In this document: piece after piece, positions 52,214 to 61,798 of the stretch
Numbering within the stretch: the first letter of the stretch is position 1
Layout: every line of letters starts with the position of its first letter
Source of the DNA: an uncultured Chloroflexia bacterium
GTDB taxonomy: Bacteria; Chloroflexota; Limnocylindria; Limnocylindrales; CSP1-4
Reading direction: 5' to 3'
Assembly: GCA_963708015.1 (NCBI GenBank)
Contig: OY970185.1
Span: 471,402 to 535,401, forward strand
Length of the DNA stretch: 64,000 nt
Translations under genes and position numbers: made by a program
The notes under the pieces: model-generated
What the model was told of the DNA's origin: nothing
Database searches by the model: none
The model's input: only the letters and a program-made list of their open reading frames with translations

Positions 52214-53719
52214 ATGGTCCAACCAGGGAGCGAGGATCGCCGGACAGATGGGGCAACCGAGATGACGCGAAGCCCGGATCGGGGCTCGAAGACCGCCACC
52301 AGTGTGGAGGAGGCCTGGGCCGTTGAAGCGGCCGCGGGGGTGACCTGGACCGCTCGCCCCTGGGTGGATCCGGCGAACCGGGCCGAAGCCGGCAAGGCAG
52401 CCCGCAAGCGCGTGCCCCGGGACAGCCACGCCACCTTCGAACCGGCCCCGGGACGCGATCCGATCGCGATCCTCAACGCCCAGGAGTCGAGCCGCTGGCC
52501 CGACCTCGTGGCCCTCCGCCACAGCCGAATGGCCGCGTCGCCGTTTGCCTATTACCGGGGAACGCCCGCGGTCATGGCCTTCGATCTGTCCACGACCCCG
52601 CGCACCGACATCCTGGTCCAGGCCAGCGGAGACTCCCATCTCTCGAACTTCGGGTTGTTCGGCTCGCCCGAGCGGAGTCTGGTCTTCGACGCGAACGACT
52701 TTGACGAGACGCTGCCCGGCCCCTGGGAGTGGGACGTCAAGCGGCTGGCCGCGAGCTTCGTCGTGGCGGGTCGCGAGAACGGCTTCAGCGCCCAGCACAG
52801 CCGGACCGCCGCGATGACTGCCGTCCGCGGATATCGCGAGTGGATGGCCCGCTACGCCGAAATGCGCCTGATCGACATCTGGTATTCGAAGATCACCGAC
52901 ATCGATATCCTGGCCGCCCTCGATGACTGGCCCGGGAACACCGGCTCCGCCTCGGTCAAGCGCCGCCGCGGGATCGACCAGATCTTCGCCAAGGCCCGCT
53001 CGCGCGACGGGCTGAGGGCCTTCGAGTCGCTCACGACGGTCCTCGACGGCCGACGGGTCATCGTCGAAGACCCGCCGGTCCTCACCCACGACCCCAGGGT
53101 TGGCACGCCCGATCAACTGGCCGGCGTGTTCGCGGAGTACCGGGCCTCGATGGCCGACGACCGGCGGTCCTTCCTCGAACGCTACCGCTTCGTCGATGGC
53201 GCCCGCAAGGTCGTCGGGGTGGGCAGCGTCGGGACCCGCTGCTTCGTGATCGTGCTCGAGGGCCGGGACCAGAACGATCCCTTGATCCTCCAGGCCAAGG
53301 AGGCAACCGAATCGGTCCTCGAGCCCTACTTCGAGCACAGCCATCACGAGAACCACGGCGAGCGCGTCGTGACCGGCCAGCGCCTGATGCAGAGCACGTC
53401 TGACATCTTCCTGGGCTGGACCCACGGCGCCTTCGGCCAGGACTTCTATATCCGCCAGCTGTGGGACATGAAAGGCTCCGTCGATACGACCGCGATGCAG
53501 CCGCTCGGCCTCCACTTCTACGGGTCGATCTGCGGCTGGTCCCTGGCCAGGGCCCACGCCCGGACGGGCGATGCGGTCGCAATCGCCTCGTACCTCGGTT
53601 CGGGTGACGTGTTCGACAGCGCAGTGGCCGACTTCGCCGAGGCCTGCGCCGACCAGAACGGGCGTGACCACCGGGCCTACGAGGCGGCCATCGCCGACGG
53701 ACGGCTCGGCACGATCTAG
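52214..53719 (+). CDS. DUF2252 domain-containing protein
   Basis: Roughly 500-aa conserved hypothetical family pattern; start could also be TTG at 52208. Confidence 0.65.
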   Translation: MVQPGSEDRRTDGATEMTRSPDRGSKTATSVEEAWAVEAAAGVTWTARPWVDPANRAEAGKAARKRVPRDSHATFEPAPGRDPIAILNAQESSRWPDLVALRHSRMAASPFAYYRGTPAVMAFDLSTTPRTDILVQASGDSHLSNFGLFGSPERSLVFDANDFDETLPGPWEWDVKRLAASFVVAGRENGFSAQHSRTAAMTAVRGYREWMARYAEMRLIDIWYSKITDIDILAALDDWPGNTGSASVKRRRGIDQIFAKARSRDGLRAFESLTTVLDGRRVIVEDPPVLTHDPRVGTPDQLAGVFAEYRASMADDRRSFLERYRFVDGARKVVGVGSVGTRCFVIVLEGRDQNDPLILQAKEATESVLEPYFEHSHHENHGERVVTGQRLMQSTSDIFLGWTHGAFGQDFYIRQLWDMKGSVDTTAMQPLGLHFYGSICGWSLARAHARTGDAVAIASYLGSGDVFDSAVADFAEACADQNGRDHRAYEAAIADGRLGTI

Positions 53720-56016
53720 CCGGTCGTCTCCCCGGCTGCCGGGTCACCGGTCGCCGCCGCCGCGTCGGGCTCGAGCCTGCTCGGCCACCAGTTCCAGCGA
53801 CCGAGCAGGACCACGATCGAGGGGACCAGCAACGATCGGACCAGGAAGGTATCCATCAGGATCCCGGCGGCCACCCCGTAGCCGATCTGCTGGATTTGCC
53901 CGCCCCCCGCGGAGCCGCCCGCGATCGCCAGGACGGCGAACGTCCCGGCCAGGATGACCCCGGCCGTGGTGACCGTGCTGCCGGTGCGGCCGATCGCCCG
54001 GGTCACTGCCTCGCGCAGGGGCAGGCCATGGGCCTCCTCCCGGATCCGGCTCATGACCAGGATGTTGTAGTCCGAGCCGAGGGCCATCAGGAACACGAAC
54101 ATCAGGAACGGCAGGATGAAGTTCAGGCCGTCCTGGCCGCCGAGCTTGACGAAGATCAGGGCCGTCACGCCAAGCGCGGCGAAGTAGGACAGGACGATGC
54201 TCGCCACGAGATAGAGCGGGGCGATCAGGCTGCGCAGGACGAGCGCCAGCAGGATAGCGATCAGGATCGCCACGATTGGAATGATCCGGTTCAGGTCCTG
54301 GCTCGAGATATGGCTCACGTCGTAGGCGAAGGCAACCTGTCCAAAGAAGCCGCTGTCGACCGCGCCGGCGGCCGTGGCCGCGCTGGTCACGTTCGCCCGA
54401 GCCGCGGGAACCGCGGCCAGGGCTGCCGGGTCCGACGAGTCGCCGTTGGCGAACTCGACCGAATACTGGATCGTCTTGCCGTCGACGCTGATCAGCTGGC
54501 CGGTCGTCCGGTAGGCGTTGTACAGCTCATTGGGCACCTCGGTCGTGACCGGCACCGGAGGCAGTGCCTGAGCTGGGCCGAGCTTGGCATGCAGCTGGCT
54601 GAGCTGGTCGGGGGTGAGGCTGATCCCGTTCGGATTGAGCGGCCCGACGACGCCCGTGAACTCGGGAAACGTCCCGAGCTGGTCCTGGGCGACCTGGAGA
54701 ACCGAGGGATCCTCCCAGACCGACGTCGAGAAGGCCATCAGGACGGAGCTACGGCCGGCCGTCGATGACGGGAAGTGCGCCTCGATCAGGGCGGTGCCCT
54801 TGGCCGAGTCGGATCCGTCCGGGCTGCTCGTCGCCGCGCCGAAGCCGGCGGTGGGCGTGGTGAAGGCGAAGATGCTGAGCGCCCCGAACAGGATCAGGCC
54901 GGCCCCCAGGGTCACTCCCGGCCGGCGGGTCGTCGCCCGCGAGACACGCTCCCAGACGCCCGGGGTCGGGTTCTCGACCACTGTCGGACGGGTCGGCCAG
55001 AAGATCGCCCGGCCGAGGATCGCCAGGAGAGCAGGCAGCAAGGTCAGGCCGGCCAGGAGCATCAGGCCGATGCCGATCGCCAGGGCCGGCCCGAGGCTCT
55101 GGTAGAACGCGAACTCGGCCAGGACCAGGGTGAGCAGGGCGGCGATCACGGTGAAGGCCGAGAAGGTGATCGACTCACCCACCCGGCTGACGGACTGTCG
55201 GACCGCGTCGTGGGAGCTCAGGCCATTGCGCAGCTCCTCGCGGAAGCGGAAGACGAGGAACACCCCGTAGTCGGTCCCGGCGCCGAGGATCAGGACGACG
55301 AGCAGGAGCTGGGTGATCGACGAGACCTGGACGCCAAAGCGGGTCGACCAGGCGATCACCGGCCCGGCCAGGACCAGGACGAGGGCGGCCGGGATGAGGG
55401 TGACGAGCGGGGCCAGGGCCGCCCGGAAAGCGAGCAGGAGGAGGACGATGATGAACAGGAACGACAGGCGCTGGGTGTCGTTCTGCGACTGGCCGCTGGC
55501 GGCTGCCGTGTCGACGATCGTGGCCAGCTCGCCGGTCAGGTGGACCTGGAGCCCGGCCGGGGCGCCGACCTGGTCGAACAGGGCCCGGATGTCATCGACG
55601 ACGCCCTGGGCCTCGGGTCCGCCGCTAAACGAGATCACGTCGGCTTCGATCAGGGCCTGGCGGGCTGCCCCGTCGGCCGAGATGCCCAGGTCGAGCACGG
55701 TCTTGACCCGGCCGACCTTCCTGATGTCGGCCTCGAGCGAGTCGATCGCGGCGTTGTCGGCGGCCGTCAGGCCGCCGTCCCGGGCGGCCACCAGGGTGGC
55801 CGCGGCGAGGGAGGCGTTCTGGAACGGCGCGGCGAGGGCCGCCGCCTGCATGCTCGGCGCCGTGGCGGGCAGGAAGCCGCTGGTCGTGTCCTTGGCCACG
55901 TCGCCCAGGGACGGCAAGGTCTTGACGGCAAGGATCGGGACGATGATCCAGGCGATGACGATCAGGAACCGGAACCGGACCGTGGCGTGCCCAAGGGCAG
56001 TGAAGAAGCCGTGCAT
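53716..56016 (-). CDS. MMPL family RND-type membrane transporter
   Basis: Two 6-TM bundles with two large extracytoplasmic domains, MMPL patterns (LGAGTDYGVFLVFRFREE, LGSDYNILVMSRIREE); start at MHGFFTALG inside the longer track ORF 53716..56427. Confidence 0.85.
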   Translation of the reverse strand: MHGFFTALGHATVRFRFLIVIAWIIVPILAVKTLPSLGDVAKDTTSGFLPATAPSMQAAALAAPFQNASLAAATLVAARDGGLTAADNAAIDSLEADIRKVGRVKTVLDLGISADGAARQALIEADVISFSGGPEAQGVVDDIRALFDQVGAPAGLQVHLTGELATIVDTAAASGQSQNDTQRLSFLFIIVLLLLAFRAALAPLVTLIPAALVLVLAGPVIAWSTRFGVQVSSITQLLLVVLILGAGTDYGVFLVFRFREELRNGLSSHDAVRQSVSRVGESITFSAFTVIAALLTLVLAEFAFYQSLGPALAIGIGLMLLAGLTLLPALLAILGRAIFWPTRPTVVENPTPGVWERVSRATTRRPGVTLGAGLILFGALSIFAFTTPTAGFGAATSSPDGSDSAKGTALIEAHFPSSTAGRSSVLMAFSTSVWEDPSVLQVAQDQLGTFPEFTGVVGPLNPNGISLTPDQLSQLHAKLGPAQALPPVPVTTEVPNELYNAYRTTGQLISVDGKTIQYSVEFANGDSSDPAALAAVPAARANVTSAATAAGAVDSGFFGQVAFAYDVSHISSQDLNRIIPIVAILIAILLALVLRSLIAPLYLVASIVLSYFAALGVTALIFVKLGGQDGLNFILPFLMFVFLMALGSDYNILVMSRIREEAHGLPLREAVTRAIGRTGSTVTTAGVILAGTFAVLAIAGGSAGGGQIQQIGYGVAAGILMDTFLVRSLLVPSIVVLLGRWNWWPSRLEPDAAAATGDPAAGETTG

Positions 56017-56173
56017 CGTCTCTCTTTCATGAAGGCTGCCCGGACGCCTGCTGGCGGAATCGGACCTCGTCGCAGGTTGTGGCACGATTGCCGGAAGGTT
56101 TCCGCTATCTTGACACTCGGTGACGTTTGTTAGATGGTTTCCTAAATATGCGTTAGAGAGGGTCCCAGACCGG
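56017..56173. promoter_or_regulatory. divergent intergenic region between the MmpL gene and the ROK regulator gene; comparatively AT-rich, sigma-70-like TTGACA-15nt-TAGATG and repeated GGTTTCC motifs
   Basis: Only markedly lower-GC stretch in the window, between two divergent starts; cttgacactcggtgacgtttgttagatgg. Confidence 0.3.
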
Positions 56174-57502
56174 ATGGCGCTCTCAGGCGACCTGATCGGA
56201 CAGCGCAGCGAGACGGTCCGCCGTGCCAATTTGAGCACGATCCTGCGTGAGCTGCACCTTGCCGGCCCGCTCTCGCGGTCCGACCTCGTGGCGCATAGCG
56301 GCCTGACCCGGACGGGCATCAAGAGCCTGACCGCGGAGCTCGCCGCCGCCGGCCTCGTCTCGGAGGAGCGGGCCTCGCCGGACGGGAGTCCCGGCCGGCC
56401 GTCGGCCGTGGTTTCGCCCAACCCCACGACGGCTGCGGTCCTGGCCCTCGAGGTGGCCGTCGATTCGATCGCCGCGGCCGTCGTCGGCCTCGGCGGGACC
56501 GTTCATCAGCTGACCCGGATCGACCGACCGCCCGGGCGTTCCTCGATCGAGGCGACCGTAGCCGACCTGGTCGGGCTGGCCCGAACCGTCCGGATCCAGT
56601 CGGGCCTGCCCGATGCGATCGTCGGTGTCGGCGTGGCGGTCGTGGGCACGACCCGGCGCTCTGACGGCTTCGTCTCGTTCGCCCCGAACCTGGGCTGGCA
56701 CGACGTGTCCCTGGGCAACCGGCTGGCCGCTTCCCTGGGCCTGCCCGAACCGATCGCGGTGGCCAATGACGCCGACCTGGGCGTGCTCGCCGAGCACCGC
56801 CGGGGCGCCGCGATCGGGGCCGACAATGTCCTCCTGATCTGGGGCGAGGTCGGGATCGGCGGCGGGCTGATCATCGACGGCCGGCCAATGACCGGGGCAG
56901 CCGGCTATGGCGGCGAGGTTGGCCACATCCCGGTCAATGCCGACGGTCGCCCGTGCCAGTGCGGCTCGGTTGGCTGCTGGGAGACCGAGATCGGCGAAGG
57001 CGCCCTGCTCCTGCGGGCCGGTCGCTCAGCCGACGGTGGACGCGAGGAGGTCGAGCAGGTCCTGGCCGAGGCGGCGGCCGGTTCGCCGGCAGCCCTGGCG
57101 GCCCTGGATGATGTCGGGCGCTGGCTCGGATTCGGGCTGGCCGGGCTGGTCAACGTGCTCAATCCGCAGCTGGTGGTGCTCGGCGGACTGTTCGGACGCG
57201 CCTACCAGTATGCTGCGCAGGCGATGCTGACCGAATTGGAACGGCGCGCCCTGCCAGCCTCACGGTCGATGGTTCAGATCGTGCCGGCGACCCTGGGAAT
57301 CAATGCTCCGCTGCTCGGCGCGGCGGAGCTCGCATTTGAGCCGCTCCTGGCCGATCCGGCCGCCTGGATGGTTCGGGCGGCCTTCGCTCCGTCTGGCCGG
57401 CGCAGACCGCCCAACCGGACCGCCCCTCCACCTGTCACCCCTTACCCCCTGAACCCAATACCGCTCGCTCGCGCGCGCAAGGAGGTGCATCGACATCACT
57501 GA
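56174..57502 (+). CDS. ROK family transcriptional regulator (NagC/XylR-like)
   Basis: N-terminal wHTH (RANLSTILRELHLAGPLSRSDLVAHSGLTRTGIKSLTAEL), ROK sugar-kinase-like core with zinc motif HIPVNADGRPCQCGSVGCWE; intact. Confidence 0.8.
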   Translation: MALSGDLIGQRSETVRRANLSTILRELHLAGPLSRSDLVAHSGLTRTGIKSLTAELAAAGLVSEERASPDGSPGRPSAVVSPNPTTAAVLALEVAVDSIAAAVVGLGGTVHQLTRIDRPPGRSSIEATVADLVGLARTVRIQSGLPDAIVGVGVAVVGTTRRSDGFVSFAPNLGWHDVSLGNRLAASLGLPEPIAVANDADLGVLAEHRRGAAIGADNVLLIWGEVGIGGGLIIDGRPMTGAAGYGGEVGHIPVNADGRPCQCGSVGCWETEIGEGALLLRAGRSADGGREEVEQVLAEAAAGSPAALAALDDVGRWLGFGLAGLVNVLNPQLVVLGGLFGRAYQYAAQAMLTELERRALPASRSMVQIVPATLGINAPLLGAAELAFEPLLADPAAWMVRAAFAPSGRRRPPNRTAPPPVTPYPLNPIPLARARKEVHRHH

Positions 57503-57609
57503 GGTTGACACCGACGAATTCGCCTATGGAGAATGCCGGCCGGCTGGACGCCTGACGGAAGCGCGAGTCCGGTTCGAGCAATTCCAATTTCCTGAGGAGG
57601 AGTTTCGAC

Positions 57610-58916
57610 TTGCACACGAAGAAAACTGCGGCAGCGATTGTTGCAGTGGCCGCGATCCTCGCGGGCTGCTCATCGACCGCCACCACGGCGCCGGCCACGG
57701 CCGCGCCGACCACTGCTCCGACGGCGGCACCTGCCTCGTCTGCACCGGGCTCGGCTGCACCGAGCGCGGCCGCCTCGGGCGGCAGCTCGAGCATGACCCC
57801 GGGCAGCTTCGATTCCAGCTTCTCGGCGATGGCCCTGCTGAAGCCGATCACCTCGGCGGGCACTGGGCTCGTCGGCGTGGTCATGCCTGACACGACGTCG
57901 TCGACCCGCTGGGTCAACTTCGACGCCCCGTATCTCATGCAGGCGTTCACGGCCGCCGGCTATTCGGCCAGCCGACTTCAAGATCGACAACGCCGAGGGC
58001 GTCGACTGCGATTGAGCTGTCGCATGGCCCAGGCCGACATCACCAACGGCGCCAAGGTCCTGATCATGGCCCCGAACAGCAGCACGGTCGGCGATCAGAT
58101 CCAGGCCTACGCCGCCGCCCACGACGTCGCGATGATCAGCTACGACCGGGCAACGTTCCAGGGCACCAACACTTACTACGTCAGCTTCGACAACGTCCAG
58201 GTTGGCGAGCTGATCGGCAAGGGCTTCGATGCAGTGCGTCTGACCGACTGGGGCGTTTCGAGCCCGAAGGTCTTCACGGTCGACGGTGGCCAGGACACCG
58301 ACCCGAACGCGATCGACTTCGCCAAGGGCTACAACGACGCGGTCTGGGGCCAGAAGGTCGCGCAGGTCGCGGCCGGCGCCACCAACACCGCCGGGCATCA
58401 CCCTCGTCGGCGAGCAGCTCGCCCCGGGTTGGGACAATGCCAAGGGCGGCACGATCTTCCAGCAGGCCTTCACGGCCCATCCGGAGATCAACGCCACGAT
58501 CGAGGCCAATGACGGTCTCGCCAACGCCGTGATCACCGACCTCAAGGACGGCCGGCGTTCCGGCCAAGAAGATCCCGACGACCGGCCAGGATGCCACCCT
58601 GCAGGGCATGGAGTACGTCCTCCAGAACTTCCAGTGCGGATCGGTCTACAAGGCGATCTACCTCGAGGCCCAGGACGCTGTCGCGATGGCGACCTTCCTG
58701 CGCGCCGGCCAGCACGCCGCCCGCGAGCCTCATGAATGGCACGACCACCGATCCGAAGGACGCCACGGTCACCGAGCCCGCGTCGCTGCTGACCCCGATA
58801 CTGGGTCAACACCGCGAACATGGAGCAGACGGTCATCAAGGACAACTTCGTCAAGGCCTCGGACCTGTGCGCCGCCGTCGGCGCCAGCCGTCTGCACGGC
58901 CGCCGGCATCCAGTAA
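57610..58916 (+). pseudogene. sugar ABC transporter periplasmic substrate-binding lipoprotein (xylose/ribose-type PBP), at least 6 frameshifts
   Basis: Lipobox LAGC; PBP type-1 segments (GLVGVVMPDTTSSTRWVNFDAPYLMQAF, ADITNGAKVLIMAPNSS, GEQLAPGWDNAKGGTIFQQAFTAHPEINATIEANDGLANAVI, YVLQNFQCGSVYKAIYLEAQDAV) across several frames; three 1-nt insertions can be pinpointed near 57975-58050. Confidence 0.65.
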
Positions 58917-59075
58917 CCGCTCGATGAACCGTCACGAACGCCGGGCGACTCGCGCCTGACGCTCGCGGCTCCGACGCCGTGCCGCAGCCGCGTCCACATG
59001 CGGCTGCGACACGGCGTTTACCATGCACCGGGGATCGAGGGGGATCGAACCGAGATCCGGGATGGGGAGTCGACG

Positions 59076-59900
59076 TCCGTGACAGTGATCGGCAATGCCG
59101 CGAGCGAACCGGCGGGCCCAGCGCCGGCGGCAGCGACCGACGCCGCTGCTCACGCTGCGCGGCGTCAGCAAGCACTTCGGGGCCGTCCAGGCGCTGTTCG
59201 GCGTCGACCTCGACCTGTTCGGCGGGCAAGGTGACGGCGCTGTGCGGCGACAACGGCGCCGGCAAGTCGTCCCTGACCAAGGCGATCGCCGGGATCTACC
59301 AGCCCGATGAGGGCGAGATCTTCTGGGAGGGCCAGCCGGTCCACATCCGGTCACCCGAAGGACGCCGGCGGCCCTCGGGATCGAGACGGTCTACCAGGAC
59401 CTGGCCCTGGCCGACAACCTCGACATCGTCCAGAACATGTTCCTCGGCCGGGAGCGCCACGGTCCGGGCTCTTCCTCGATGAGGACGAGCATGGAGCGCG
59501 CCGCCGCCGAGACGCTGGCCGGCCTGCACGTGACGACCGTGCGCTCGATCCGCCAGCCGGTGGCGACGCTGTCGGGCGGCCAGCGCCAGGCCGTGGCGGT
59601 GGCCAAGGCCGTGATGTGGAACTCCAAGCTGGTCCTGCTCGACGAGCCGACGGCGGCCCTGGGCGTGGCCCAGACCCAGATGGTCCTTGACCTGATCAGG
59701 CGCCTGAAGGACCACGGCCTGGCCGTGATGCTCATCTCGCACAACCTGAATGACGTCTTCGAGGTGGCCGACCGGATCGCGGTCCTGCATCTCGGCCGGA
59801 TGGTCGCCCAGGATCGACGTCGCGGCCTTCGACCGCGAGCGGGTCGTGGACTTCATGACCAGCGGCGGATCGAGCCGGGCCCTGGCCGCAGCCGCCGGCG
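59076..59900 (+). pseudogene. sugar ABC transporter ATP-binding protein (single NBD), at least 4 frameshifts; boundaries approximate
   Basis: [23 protein letters not shown] / [15 protein letters not shown] / LSGGQRQAVAVAKAV...LVLLDEPTAALGV...AVMLISHNL in different frames. Confidence 0.6.
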
Positions 59901-61275
59901 AGCCAGGGGGTGGCCTGCGATGGCAGGAGCCGACGACCTCCCGGTCGACCCGAGCCGATTGCCACCGCGATCGAGGCCGAGACCGGGCCTGACCTCACGG
60001 CGGCGGCCGTCGACGTCGTGCCGCCGGCGCTCGTCGCCCAGTCTCTCGGCGAGTACCTGCGCGGTTGGTGGGCCCGGGTCAGGGGCGGTGACGTCGGCGT
60101 CCTGCCAGTCGTCCTGGCCCTGGTCATCGTGACCGTCGTCTTCCAGCTGGTCAGCCCGAGCGGCCGCTTCCTGTCGCCGGCCAACATGGTCAACCTGTTC
60201 GTCCAGAGCTCGGTCTTCATCGTCCTGGCGATGGCCGAGGGCTTCGTCCTGCTCCTCGGCGAGATCGACCTGTCGGTCGGCTACGTCGGGGCGATCGGCG
60301 GAATCATCGCCGGCAACATGGTCCAGCCCGGGACTCGACCTGCCCTGGTGGTTCGCGATCACCTGCGGACTGGCCTGTGACGGCCGGGATCGGCTTGATC
60401 CACGGCCTGATCATCACGAAGCTGCGCCTGCCGGCCTTCGTCGTGACCCTGGCCGGCTACCTGCTCTGGTTCGGGGTGATGATCATCCTGCTCGGAGCTG
60501 GCGGCAGCGTCCCGATCTCGAGCACGGTCCTCAAGCAACCAGCAGGTCCTGTACGGGATCGTCAATAGCAACATCGAGCCGATCGTCGCCTGGATCGGCC
60601 TGGCCGTGATCGTCGTCGGGCTCGGGAGCCTGATGTGGATCCGTGACAACCGCCGGCGCAGGAGCGGGCTCGTTGCCCCGCCAGTCGGCCTGACCGTGGC
60701 CAAGATCGTGTTCATGGCCGCTGGCCGGGATCGTCGTCGTGGCGATCTGCAATGTGAACCGGGGCACGTTCCTGGTGATCCAGGGCGTGCCCTGGGTCCT
60801 GCCGATCGTGCTCGTCGTCCTCGGGGCCTGGACCCTGCTCCTCGAGCGGAGCCAGTTCGGGCTCCACGTCTACGCCGTGGGCGGCAACCCCGAAGCGGCC
60901 CGGCGGGCCGGGATCAGTGTTCCCAACGTGCGCACCTGGGGCTTCATCCTGTGCTCGTTCACGGGCGGCATCGGCGGGATCATCTACCTGTCCTGGCAGG
61001 GCGGGATCAGCACGAACATCAACGGCGGGCAGCTCGTCCTGTACGCGGTGGCCGCGGCGGTCATCGGCGGCACGAGCCTGTTCGGCGGACGCGGTCGGCC
61101 GATCCACGGCCTGCTCGGCGGCCTGGTGATCGGCGCGATCTACAACGGCCTGTACCTGCTCGGCCTGCCGATCCAGTGGCAGCTGATCGCCACGGGCCTC
61201 GTCCTGCTGGCCGCCGTGACCGTCGACTCGCTCTCCCGGGCGAACTCCCGGAGTGGCGTCCTGACCCGCGGCTGA
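59900..61275 (+). pseudogene. sugar ABC transporter permease (BPD_transp_2, xylose/ribose-type), at least 4 frameshifts; boundaries approximate
   Basis: Hydrophobic permease segments split across track ORFs 59910..60380, 60377..60568, 60739..61275. Confidence 0.6.
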
Positions 61276-61314
61276 CGTCATCGTCCGGCAACAAGTCAGG
61301 CGTACCGTGAGCGC

Positions 61315-61740
61315 ATGAGCACTCCCAAGACGGCCAACGCCGATGGTTCCATTCAGATGAAGTCCGACAGCCAGTGGCGGGCCGAGCTGACCCCCGAGCA
61401 GTACCACGTGCTGCGTCAGAAGGGCACCGAGCGGGCCTTCACCGGCGCGCTCTGGAACGAGCACCGGGACGGCGTCTATCGCTGCGCCGGGTGTGGGGCT
61501 GAGCTGTTCAGCTCGGACACGAAGTTCGAGTCCGGCACCGGCTGGCCGAGCTTCTACGCTCCGGCCAGCAGCGACGCCGTGGCCACCCAGACCGATCGGG
61601 CGTTCTTCATGACCCGGACGGAAGCGGCCTGCGCGGCGTGCGGCGGGCATCTCGGCCACGTCTTCGACGACGGACCGAACCCGACCGGCCAGCGCTACTG
61701 CATCAACTCGGCCGCGCTCAGGCTCGAACCCCGGGGCTGA
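61315..61740 (+). CDS. msrB: peptide-methionine (R)-S-oxide reductase MsrB
   Basis: Two CxxC pairs ([25 protein letters not shown]) and catalytic RYCINSAAL. Confidence 0.9.
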   Translation: MSTPKTANADGSIQMKSDSQWRAELTPEQYHVLRQKGTERAFTGALWNEHRDGVYRCAGCGAELFSSDTKFESGTGWPSFYAPASSDAVATQTDRAFFMTRTEAACAACGGHLGHVFDDGPNPTGQRYCINSAALRLEPRG

Positions 61741-61798
61741 CCGCCGGCCGGCCAAAACGGTTCTCGGCCGGCTCCCGTCGCAGGCACGACGGCATCGC

